64,000 bases of DNA. It comes from Alloascoidea hylecoeti (Eukaryota). The translations under genes were made by a program, and so were the position numbers. Shown one piece after another: positions 25,637-37,578 of the stretch. Under the pieces are notes generated by a model. It ran no database searches and had not been told where the DNA came from. It worked only from the letters and a program-made list of their open reading frames with translations. Positions within the stretch are counted from its first letter, which is position 1. Each line of letters opens with the position of its first letter. The DNA lies in the NCBI GenBank assembly GCA_001600815.1, contig BCKZ01000012.1:124001-188000 (forward strand), read 5' to 3'.

Positions 25637-26698
25637 TGTGATCAATCATTTTTTTCAAGCATTATACACATTACCAGAAATAGAGTTTTCCGTTCTCTTC
25701 CGCGCTACATCCTTATCAACGATATATGCGTATATGATCAACAACAATTTTAAACAGAAATATATCATGAATATTAATTAAAGGATTGATACAACATTAC
25801 AATTGAAAGATTCAAAAGACAAATATTAATTGATGTTGTGATTAATATTAAACAGTTCTTTATCATTCGATATCATGTTACAGTTTAAAATGGTATTACA
25901 AATTCGAATTCTTTTTATTTTGTTACTCTTACATCTTTGTTATATTTCATGTTATTCTTGAATTATTTTTCCTTAGATTTTTTATTTTGAGTGATGTTAT
26001 TTTATTTGCATTGTCTCAAATTCTTTTTCATTTTATTTTATCTTTTTGTTCTCTCTTATATGTTCGGCCTAGCATTTTATATATTATTTTCATAACGTAT
26101 TTTATTTCTCCACTTTTAAATTAAATGAAAATGTACCAATTAATTGCAATATTTGTATATAGTGGATTTGTTTGTCCAAATCACCTCTTAAATTGACCAA
26201 TATAATAGAATATATATTCTTTACATTAATCAATCCATATAATCATATTTAAACTTTTTTTTAATCGAATTTATCTTACTTATAAAGTTAAGCCATAGAG
26301 GTAAGCAAGCTTAAGGGGCAAGCTAGAAGCAAGCTATAGAAATAAGCTATAGAAATAAACTAGTCTACGAGCTACGTTGGGAATTTGGTATATAAGAATT
26401 GATACTAGTACCTAGTATCTATCTATGATAAGCCAGTATAAGTACATTCCTTGGTAAACCATAACCACTTTGAGTATAGCCAATAGATATGAACGGCAGT
26501 TACTGCCAATTAATTGTGTTGACCATTTTTTATATTAGTGCAGTCGTTACCTTCAATTGAATGTTAAAATTCAATAAAAGTAAACTAAAAATGCAATACA
26601 TAATATGGTTGTTAATGACTGAAATCATAACTACAATAATAATAAGACTTCAAGGAAAAGCTTGTATTAAAAAAATAAATTATATATTAATTAAAAGC

Positions 26699-27163
<465 letters not shown>

Positions 27164-27176
27164 TCACTTAGCTCGT

Positions 27177-27271
27177 CTGCAAAATATGCTATATTTATAA
27201 ATTCCAGTTAGTCAACTGTAGTTTTATATATTGAATGGGTACGACTACCCTCATCCATTTTTTAAACATAC
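27177..27271 (-). other. Predicted 5'-UTR intron of RPS31
   Basis: Minus strand GTATGT donor (27271), GACTAAC branch point, TTTTGCAG acceptor 25 nt upstream of the ATG. Confidence 0.75.
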
Positions 27272-27344
27272 CTTCTTTCTTACTTAGTGAAGATGAGGAA
27301 AAAGAAATCTTTGAATTCAGAATTTTTGGCAAGATAGATTCGTA

Positions 27345-27412
27345 ACACCCGTACGTCTGAAAATGAAAAAGTTTGTGACTTTCATTTCCCAAAGTGGTAG
27401 TGGTATCACGTG
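27345..27412. promoter_or_regulatory. RPS31 promoter: Rap1-like ACACCCGTAC, RRPE-like TGAAAAAGTTT, Cbf1-type TCACGTG
   Basis: Motif matches at 27345, 27364 and 27406. Confidence 0.55.
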
Positions 27413-27551
27413 TTTCATGAAGAACATGCATAAATACCGTTATTGTTCTAACATAACAGTTAAACATATGAAACATGATTAGGAAGAAAATAGTGATACT
27501 ATATCGATTTAGATATATATAACCGTATAAATTTGTCATTAAGAAGTACCA

Positions 27552-28378
27552 TTAATCGTAAAAATCATCTTCATCGTCATCATCCTCTTCTTTGCGAGCT
27601 TTGGCATTCTTTTTACTGATTTGATTAATTTGTAATGATTTCCTTTCAATCACACCCATTATATACAATCGATCTTCCAAGTCTTGCACCTTAAAATCAT
27701 CAGAATTACCTAATTTCTCAAATCCAATTATCCGGCCTGCTTCTTGTCCTGATACATATGAAATAACACAGGGCAGAACTTGAACACCAAGACGTGTAAC
27801 AAGAAATGGAGCATCATCGACGTTGATTCTAATAAAACGGGTAATTAAGTGTTTTGGAGCAATTTCCTAGAATTTCTTATTAGTACTTGCCATTGTAATT
27901 TTTAATTGGTTTTGGCGTAGTGATATTCTTACCTTTAATCTTTCATCCATAATAGTACATCTTCGAAAATCTGGATGGAAGAAATGGACTACAGAATATT
28001 TGGCATTTGAGCAGACATCTAGGAGATCTCTCTCGGAAAGTAAAGTTGTCACTGAACCATGGCCTTCTTGTTCTGAATACGTTTTTGCTTGTTTCATTCT
28101 TTATAGATTAATGGTACTGTTAGATTTCATGATGGTAATTGTTGTTATACATTTATGAATGGTTTTGTCCATAAAAAGATAAAAGCATACTGATCATGTA
28201 ATTCCTGTATCCTCTTTTCTCTGTAGCCTCCAAAATCATCGTCCTCTAGAAGCTCCAGTAATTCGTCCTCACTTAGATCACTATCTTTATCATCGTTATC
28301 TGCTGTGCTCTCGCCATATTTTTCTTTCACAAGCTTCGATTCGTAATCTTCCAGGATTTTAGTTGTCTTTTGATTCAT
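27552..28378 (-). CDS. PLP1: Phosducin-like protein (Plp1/TXNDC9 type); introns 28099-28190, 27867-27932
   Basis: 'YRE.RIQEL', 'GHGSV', 'VVHFFHPDFRRC.IMD..L', 'APFLVTRLGVQVLPCVISY'; exon lengths sum in frame. Confidence 0.88.
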
Positions 28379-28732
28379 GTTGTAACTGTTAACGTTGTGT
28401 TATGCGTTTACGATCGTGAGTGTATTGGTTAATGATAAATCTAGATACTTGAAAAAGGATGTTTGGATGTGGACGACTCGAATCCTGATTTAATCTTAAC
28501 GTAAATTATGGTTAAAACTGGAGTCTGAAGTTCTGACTCTGAACGTTTAATATTGTTCTACTTCTAGCGAAATGTAACGATGAATGTAAATATAAATGTG
28601 TTGAAAATGAGTTACGTTGAGATTAAGCAAATGAGAAAAAATAAATACATATTATACAAAATGAATTTTAACTACTAGTACCTCTTAAATTTATCATTAA
28701 TTTAATAGGTTACTACCAAAATTTTATCCAAT

Positions 28733-29142
28733 TTACTTATTAACTCCTAACGATCCCAAGAGAGAAGTTATGGATTCAATTGATTGTTTCATTGATGAAT
28801 ACATTACTGGATTATCTGTATTTTGCTTTTTGCTAATTAACTTTAAGGATCTTTCAAGATCAGAATCACTTATAAGAATTGATGTCATTAGTCACATTAT
28901 GATCTCAATATTAATAAATATATCACTTTAATAATCAAAAATAAACAACCTACATTTGTTTTACTGTTGCAAGAATCTTAGTTAATTCATTTAGTACCTC
29001 TTGTTCATCATTTGTCAATTCCCTTTAAAAAGCGTTTCTGTCAGTATAAGGGTATTTATTAACTATTTCAGGAGATCACATACGTTAACGAGCCTTTATC
29101 TGCTGGCCTTTTCGATGGTGGTTTGGATCCCGACTTGGCCAT
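28733..29142 (-). CDS. Unannotated 87-aa protein (exons 29084-29142, 28954-29022, 28733-28868), predicted coiled coil
   Basis: ATG 29142; two introns with GTATGT/TACTGAC/AAG and GTAGGT/GACTAAT/AAG; exons total 264 nt with no internal stop; Reb1-like GGGTAAC about 55 nt upstream. Confidence 0.65.
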
Positions 29143-30924
29143 TTTATTAGTATGGTCCACTTAAGTTAATGTTTGATGAGACATATAAAAGGAGGGTAAC
29201 GTTGAATCATAACAAACTTCTGGTTATATGAAATTAACCAAAAGCACATAGTGTTTATAATATTACCGTACTCTAATGGAAACTTCAAACTAGTGTAGGA
29301 TCTGTAGATTAGGATCTAAAATTTCTAATTATAATGAAACTTCAACTCCTTTGTAATATCGGGCACTTTTCTTTCTTACCCCTGGAGAATTATATGTGAT
29401 TAGTGTCCTTCCCCTCTTGTAAGTCTGAATTCCACTTTGAATAGTTTTAAAAGGACCTTTAATCACTGTGGTGGAAATATGGCATGAGATAATAAAGTTT
29501 TCTGCATCCAAATGCGGTAATCATCATCAGATATCTCATATGTTTTCGATTTCTCCAACCACGCTTCGTAAACTTCTTTTACAAACTCCATGGACTTATA
29601 TTTTTCATGTAAATCCCATGTAAAATAAAAATTTGCTCAATTCTTTTGGTTAATTCTACCTCTTTTTAAAAAGGAAGAATTCCAGTTGTTGCGAACCCCG
29701 TTTTAAGGGTTCTAGTTTCAGCGTTGGAACGAAAAAGGGTATGCTGGTGGTTAGTGAAGTTTATTTCAACCTCCTTTATTAGTTCAAAGCATGTTATATC
29801 CAATACCTAGCTTTCTTGGCTTTATGAGATTAAGTGGATTTTATTAATACCATTTTTAAATAATTTATATTTGTGGTTGGAATGTAACGTTAACAATTTT
29901 GGGTGGCCTGCTAAGCTTTTCAAACTGTTACGTATACCAATTTTTTGACTGGTATAAAAAATTTAATGGTTTTACAACCACGTTACTAATTAGAAAAATC
30001 TATAAACTGTTTATATAGGAGAAGAATATTGGTCATTTCTTATATAGCCGGATCACTATTTCACATGAAAATGACAAGATAATCACTATGAGTTATAACC
30101 ATGCCTAGTTACTGATCATGTGCAGTGACTACTCTCTAGCTACATGGCCTTAAGAAGAGCTTAGTTCCTTATAACATTTAGAACCTATTTATTACTCGAT
30201 AGCTGTATCCAAATTCGAAGAATAATATATAGGATGTAGAGGATTACCTAATCGCTAATAATAAATAAAACTGTTTGAGTACGTGTTCATCAGCACTTGG
30301 ATTATGGAAATTGCTCTAGAAGAGGAAACATCAATTATAATACTAATGTACATATAAGTTATATGAATGATTATCTAATAATATTAATTTTTTAGTGGGA
30401 TTTTTGATCGATAAGGATGTAAACCACATCTACAAGTCGTTATTTGCAAATTGCAATTGTAGTTTGTAATAATAAACAATAAGTAACAAAGCTATACTCT
30501 GTATTTGAGTAATCCAAATGGGTATATATATTTAAACCTTCAAGAAAATTTTTAAATGAATTTAACTCTAAAGAAGCGGAAAAGTGCAAAAGGTAAGATT
30601 AGTGATGTAAATTAAACAAAAATATTCTTGAAACTTTGATACCCAGAAGAATTTATAAAACCAGAAATAAAATGCATAAATAGCTTCAATAATTTTAGAA
30701 GGTATTAAATGATAACATGAACAAAAAATATTAAGGAACAAGGGGAATATGCATCAAGATTCAAGACGTATATAATCATAGTCTTTTCAATTGGTGAGCA
30801 TGAAATATGAGCCAAATAGTAATATTATACAGCATAATATTACCATATATAGCTTATAGCTCTGAGATCAATCCATTAAATAATTAAATACCTAGGTGTG
30901 GTGTAATATTCATCATCACGAGTC

Positions 30925-31962
30925 CTATAGATCCCTCTCTAAATCGTCATCAAAAGTACGCATGTAGAGTAATTCCATGTCATCAAATTCGGTCTTCCAT
31001 TGAAAAGTGTTATATCTTTGTGGAAGAAGACGAAATATCTTTATGAAGCATCTCTTTCTCCAGCGTTTGCTTCTTTGACTTGTTAAAGCACAGTAGAAGC
31101 AGTATTCAACGCCCATAACCAAAAAAGCTAATAAAAATCCTCCAATTGTTGCAAGAACCCAATGAACACCCAGCTTTTTAATAAATTGGGCATCACCTAA
31201 ATGCCATGAATCACCTTTGTTGATCGCAAAAAATGACATTGTATGCATTTTATAATCACTTGGCATCAAAATCCTAATTCTTCCAGCATCTGGAACTCCC
31301 CAACGCTTATATTTCTTCCACATTACAGATAAGAACAATGGGCCAGTGGAATACATGATTGTCATATAAGGTATTAGCCAATTTCTATCGTATTTCTCAA
31401 GGTTCTCTATGGCTTTTAGAAAAAATGGATGTCTTGGGACGGCGGCCATAACATCATTTGAAATACCATTAGGGTAGGTTCGTCTTAGGGTGGCAGGAAC
31501 GGTCAACAATGGATCTAACCTCCTAATGCAGGCGTCATCCAAGTCGATATAAATGCCACCATAATAACTCAAGACAAAATAACGGATAGTATCTGCCCTC
31601 ATGATGTTGTAAGGATATGAATCAAAGGTCTTGAGAAACCATGGATATTTTTCCTTAATAAAGTTTCTTGCCATTTCGTCGGTCCATAGAATATACTGAT
31701 AATCCGGATGAAGGTCGATACAAGCTTGTTGGCCCTCTTTCCAAATCTCTGGAATGGAAGTATTTTTGTAAGTTTGATGAATAATTTTGGGGACAACCAA
31801 AGGTCTCTCGGGCATATTAGCTGAAGGGTTTAGCTCAGATTCAAGAAGAGCATCTTTAAAGGTGTCGTCGTACAATAAAGTCAACAAGTCGGCGACTTCC
31901 CAAAGGGCATATAGTAGGAAAGCTATATGAGCTCCTATTATGAAAATAAGTTCTTTTCGCAT
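30925..31962 (-). CDS. SUR1: Mannosylinositol phosphorylceramide synthase catalytic subunit (Sur1/Csh1, GT32)
   Basis: 'PKIIHQTYK', 'YP..I.RAD.IRYFVL..YGGIYIDLD' (DxD), 'YSTGPLFLS'; N- and C-terminal TM segments; SUR1 versus CSH1 cannot be resolved. Confidence 0.9.
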   Translation of the reverse strand: MRKELIFIIGAHIAFLLYALWEVADLLTLLYDDTFKDALLESELNPSANMPERPLVVPKIIHQTYKNTSIPEIWKEGQQACIDLHPDYQYILWTDEMARNFIKEKYPWFLKTFDSYPYNIMRADTIRYFVLSYYGGIYIDLDDACIRRLDPLLTVPATLRRTYPNGISNDVMAAVPRHPFFLKAIENLEKYDRNWLIPYMTIMYSTGPLFLSVMWKKYKRWGVPDAGRIRILMPSDYKMHTMSFFAINKGDSWHLGDAQFIKKLGVHWVLATIGGFLLAFLVMGVEYCFYCALTSQRSKRWRKRCFIKIFRLLPQRYNTFQWKTEFDDMELLYMRTFDDDLERDL

Positions 31963-33399
31963 GGAAAATTTAATGGATAGAGGTGTATAGTAGTGTACTA
32001 TGATAACAAAACAAGGGGTTTGAGAAATGGCAAAAATGGCAAAAATAGCAGAAATGGCAGATTATATTTAATTTATTGGTGGCTTTGAAACTTATATATT
32101 CTATTTTCACTAAGGATTATATGCAGGCGGTTTTGAATTACATACTGGGAATATCAACGCGAGTCGCGACCCCCAATTAGTTCTTTACATGTAGGTTATA
32201 TGATCAAGTGGAGGGTACCTCGGGGGTATCGTCATTGAGAAGCTTGGCATGATAAGCTTCCAATTAATTTTACGACCGTGGCTTGACTTTGCTTATTCCA
32301 AGCACAATCAATGGTTTAAGCCTCAGACTATATCTAGAAGTATCGCCTGAAGTTTGTAAGATATATAATCGTTAAATTTAAATATCTATAAAACTAAATA
32401 AAACAGGTTCAAACAGTTAAAGTTGTAGTCTGCAAAACCTTCTACGACTGTGTCATAATAAAACACAAACCCAAATCCAAAATAGGAAATTTTTGTATAT
32501 AGATACCAAATAAAATCATTGCAATTGTATCTAGTATATAGATCTATGAATTATACAGAACAGAGCTCGAGAATATAAATTAGATAATATAGGCCTATAA
32601 GAGTTTTGATATCTACTTCTATGTAGTATGAGCCACGGATTGCCTGTGAATGTGATCGGTATAATGATGTAGATTAAGCCATCATTTTGCTCGCCTTTGG
32701 TCATATAAAACAAACTCGTTATTTGATGCTCTCTTCATTTCAGATCGAGGTCGGCTATGTTTGATTAATATTATAGATTTTCATATACTCCCTTGTAAAT
32801 TGTTGTGTTTAAAAATATAAGGCAGGGTAACCGTCCCTCAGAGCTAAAGAAAATTAAATAATTCGAGAAAGTTGATTTAAAGGTGATGCCAAAATTTTGT
32901 AATCATCAGGGCTGAATTAAATGTGTGAGGACTCTAATGAGTTGAGATGAGACTCCATATACTAATTATAACAACTGCAGTATAATATTATGTAGGCTCA
33001 TTTCATGTTTCAGCTCTTCAAAGGTTTAAAGCCTACTTAACTCATTAGTGATAACAGTTATAAATTACTATAATTATAATTTATAGTTAAGATTAATATG
33101 GGCTGCAGTTAAGATAACCATAAGGCTGAATATATTAGAAGACCTGACAGCTACATTTCAACTACCGGTACCATTGAAGAGCACTAATACTTAGTATTAC
33201 TTACAGCCAGGCGTTTTCTTAGCCCGTACGTTTGGTTTCGTCTTCTTAAATATATTTATATATATATCATCCACTGACTTCTAGAACTTCGTCAAACGAG
33301 ATTTCAGGTGATTCTAATTCTAAGAAGTATTTGCAAGCGAATTGAAATTTGAAGTCTAAGTAGACATGCTTCTCAGTTCTTGAAATAAGCAATGGGTTT

Positions 33400-34057
33400 A
33401 ATATTCCCCCTTCAACTACACTAAAATTTACCAACAGCTACTAGTATACCACCTTCTCGAAAAAGTAAACCTAGCAAACTTATCGAAAGAGCAGTAAATC
33501 AAATTTCGAGAGTCGTAAAAGTTTATCCCTTGGATACGCGTGATGAACTAGAAAGATCAACATTAGAATATCAAAGACCACCTAAGAAACCTTCCGAAAA
33601 AAATGGATATGAAACAATTGTTATAGACTGGAATTTGAAAAAGGGGTAGCATTAAACTGTGTAGAGTAGTTGGTGATCCTAATAGCAGAAGAAACGGAGC
33701 CTACATATATCTTATAGAAGAAGCCTCTAAGGAGATCGCCGAGAGTTTTACATAAATATAACAACGCACAAATCTATTATCTATAGGCAAAAATCGGGAT
33801 AGATTGGTATCGTGAGAAGAAGATAGAGCTGTGGATTGAGAGATCTGGGGAATAAGCTGAAAAGGGTAACCACAAAACAGGAATTGATATCATAAACTCT
33901 CCACATGGTATAGAAAAGAAGAAGGACCTATTATTTGTGTTTCTTTCAAAAATTTAGGCTAATATGGATCAGGGTATCATTGATAATCTAATTGACCCAT
34001 GCTTCGTAGAGTGGCAGCGCTGTCTATGGCGTTAAGGGCGCCTACACGAAATACTAG
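33400..34057 (+). mobile_element. Degenerate Tc1/mariner (impala-like) transposase remnant
   Basis: Across frameshifts: 'GDPNSRRNG.YIYLIEEA' (33672), 'NNAQIY..AKIG.DWYREKKIEL', 'NKLKRV', 'KI*ANMDQGIIDNLID/MLRRVA/AVYGVKGAYTKY*' (stop 34055-34057), matching the Tc1 C-terminal W..I....I..L..SM.RR..AV...KG..TKY pattern; 5' boundary approximate. Confidence 0.7.
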
Positions 34058-34059
34058 TG

Positions 34060-34225
34060 GAGGATACCCAACATACCCTAAGAAAAATAAGAACTAAAAA
34101 CGAATCGTTCATTCCCTAAAAATATATAGCTAGCGCCCACATACCAGTACAAGGAAACCTTATACTAAAGAGAAAGAATAAGAAGTTAAAGGGTGATCCA
34201 TTTGCTGCCGGTCCCTATAAGCCTT
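34060..34225 (+). mobile_element. Fragment resembling the Ty3/gypsy integrase C-terminal GPY/F region
   Basis: 'QGNLILKRKNKKLKGDPFAAGPYK' resembles G(D/N).VL.R....KL.P...GPY; short, with an in-frame stop upstream. Confidence 0.4.
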
Positions 34226-35400
34226 ATAGTAATCATAAGATTGTGAATTTTGATGTATATATGTATATCAGATAACCTGATCATTTGATTGTAAAAGTCG
34301 CTGAAAACTATTCGAAGGGGAATTTAAACCTCCAAGCAGGGAAGCTACTAATTTCACGCCATTATCTGAAGATAACAAAGAGATATGTATGTCAAAAACT
34401 TGGAGATAGTGAGAAATACGCTAAATCGTAGAAAAGCTCTCACATCACAACAAGATTTACATGAAAATATATCGAAGTTATATTAGAATTACGAGATTAG
34501 AGGGTTTTAGTGATACTGTTTTCAATAGGTTATATTGATTACTAGTTTTGTAATTCGTGGTTGAAATGAAATTTGGGATGGGCTGCTAAGCCTGCTAAGC
34601 TTTTCAGAACTTTATCATTAATTTAATGACGGTAGACATTGAAAAGTTGTTCAATAAATAACTATAAAGATCTGGAATAGACCAAATATGTATACTGGTA
34701 TATATGCTATTTATCATGAATATCTGACATATGATAACAGATCCATAAAAAAAAGAAACACACTTGCAACTGAGTTTTTAATTACAAATTTAGCTGTACA
34801 ATAATAAAAAATATAAACAATATTGTTTAGCGAAGTCAAGCAAAACCTATAACTACAACTACAGTTGACATTGGTAAAACCATAATGCTCGTATATGTAA
34901 GCCTTATATGCGACATTTGCCGAATGATTTGAACTATCGTTTTCATCGGATGATATATCGGTCTTTAAATATATATATAAGTGGGTAACGTTAACAATAC
35001 ATAGTGTCAAGCCGCTAAAATAGTTAGATACAGAAATGAAGCCCGATATTAGAAAGTGTTAGGTTCTGAAAAACTGAATTAATATTGCAATTGGTTGTAT
35101 AATTATATAATTAATTAATAATAATAAGAAGAAAGATAATAATGCGCCAATTTTAAACAAGAAGCTGCGATTTAAACAAGAGGCCATCTCGCTTCAGTAT
35201 ATATTAGAATGACTGCGTACTTTACAGAACAGATCAACATCCCGTTCCTTGTTCTTAAACAAACCAATTTAAATTCACAGTCTACAAATTTAGACACTCA
35301 ATTACACTCCTCTTTCTTTCTTCTTTTTTCTTTGTAAAAACGAAATAATCTTTTTAGATAAATAAACTCCTGTTTGTTGTTGTTTATTTGATTGCTTGAA

Positions 35401-37236
35401 ATGACTTCTCTTATTGCATCTCGAGCCTTCGTCACTCCCCTATTGCGAACTCTTCCAAGGTATGTTCAATTTCCCTTATTTCATAAGAGCCAATGGATTT
35501 CAAGGTGGTGTGTTATGTGTTATGTGTTATAATGGGTATTTTCTCCAGATGCAACACACGGTAAATAACCGTTTAATTGACTGTGATATGGGCTTGAAAC
35601 GACACTTTCCGGTGATGGAATTGCAGCTTGTCAATCAGTTTTGAATGGTTTAGAAAGTTGTCTACCCTCAACAAGTCAGATAGCACATTTCTACAGGAAT
35701 CACTTGGAACCTCAGAAGATAACCCATATACTACTTCCTTGTTCTATTGGCTATGCATCACCACAGCAACTCGGTCAATAAATCGCTTATACATTGAAGC
35801 AAAAACTAACCTTCAATTTATAGATATGCTGCAAAAATCAGCCTTACTCAATTAGCTCGATTCTATGCTTCAAAGTGTATGTTAAATGAATAATTAGACT
35901 TAAAAAGTTTTCAAAGATTAACATCAATGTAGCTTTCCCACCACATACGGTCATTGGAATGCCTGCTCTTTCTCCCACAATGACGCAAGGTAATGTTGGT
36001 GCATGGCAGAAACAGGTTGGCGACCAGCTCAGTGTCGGTGATGTTCTCGTTGAGATTGAGACCGATAAAGCCCAAATGGATTACGAATTTCAAGAAGATG
36101 GTTATCTTGCTAAAATTTTACTAGAAGCTGGTAGCAAGGATGTTCCAGTAGGTAAAGCAATTGGTGTTTATGTTGAAGATGAAGGTGATGTCGCTGCTTT
36201 TGCCGACTTCTCTGCTGAAGATGCTGGTGGTGCGCCAGAACCTGCTGCTGCTGAAAAGGCATCAAAAGATGAACCAAAGACAGAAACTGCTCCAGCTGAA
36301 GCACCCGCTCCAAAAAAATCAGAAGCCCCAGCAGCCTCTAAACCAGCTCCCTCAACCGGTGGTAGAATCATCGCCTCTCCTTTGGCAAAGAATATTGCAT
36401 TGGAAAAGGGCATCTCATTAAAGGGAGTTAAAGGTACTGGTCCAAACGGTAGAATCACAGCTAAGGATGTAGAGGCAATTGAACCAGCTAAACCAGCCAC
36501 CACTACTACAGCCGCTCCAGGTGTTTATTCTGCAGCTTTTGAAGATATTCCACTAACAAACATGAGAACAACCATCGCCAAACGTCTTACTCAGTCCAAG
36601 CAAACTGCTCCAGATTATATTGTTTCTTCTACAATATCAGTTTCGAAGTTGTTGAAACTCCGTGCTGCTCTTAATGCTAGTGCTAATGGTGAATATAAAC
36701 TTTCCGTTAATGACATTTTAATCAAAGGTGTCGCTGCTGCTTCGAAAGCCGTACCAGCTGCCAACTCTCATTGGTTAGATGCTGAGGGTGTTATTAGACA
36801 ATTTAATAATGTCGATGTTTCTGTCGCTGTTGCAACTCCAAACGGTCTCATTACGCCAATAGTTAAGAATGCCGATGCCAAAGGCCTTTCTACAATTTCC
36901 AAGGAAATTAAGGATTTAGGTAAGAGAGCAAGAGAAGGTAAATTATTACCAGAAGAATATCAAGGTGGTACTATCACAATCTCAAATCTCGGTATGAATA
37001 GTGCTGTGAATCTTTTCACTGCTATCATCAACCCACCACAGAGCACAATTGTTGCTATCTCAACAATTTCAAGGAGAGCTATTGAGGACAAAGCCAGTGA
37101 AACGGGAATTGCCTTTGATGATGTATTAACTATATCAGCATCATTTGATCATAGAGTTGTCGATGGTGCTGTTGGAGGGGAATGGGTTAAAGCTTTCAAG
37201 AAGGTATTAGAAAATCCATTAGAACTTTTACTATAA
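35401..37236 (+). CDS. LAT1: Pyruvate dehydrogenase E2, dihydrolipoamide acetyltransferase; introns 35460-35823, 35877-35932
   Basis: Spliced mitochondrial presequence MTSLIASRAF...ARFYASK; lipoyl 'ETDKA'; 'ASPLAK.IALEKG'; catalytic 'DHRVVDGA'. Confidence 0.97.
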
Positions 37237-37578
37237 AGTACCTAGAAGAGTTAAGAACATATTTTAACGTCCAAATTTTATCAACTAATACTGCGCACAA
37301 AGAAGCAGGATAACGATTTTAGTTACTTTAACTCTGTATTTACTTTATATATGTAATGAAAATATTGAAAAGACTCTATCTTCAGATCTAAAAGAACTGA
37401 TCATTGTGTAGTAAGCTTCCTAGCTAGATTACAGTATAATTAAATATTCCTATTGTATCTTGTTAGTAGACGTACTCTAAATTACACGTAAGCGTGTCAG
37501 AACGTGTATATTTCAGAATCAATTATTATAAATTATCACTCTCCTTTTGCTCAAACCAACTGAATATAAAATAACAAC

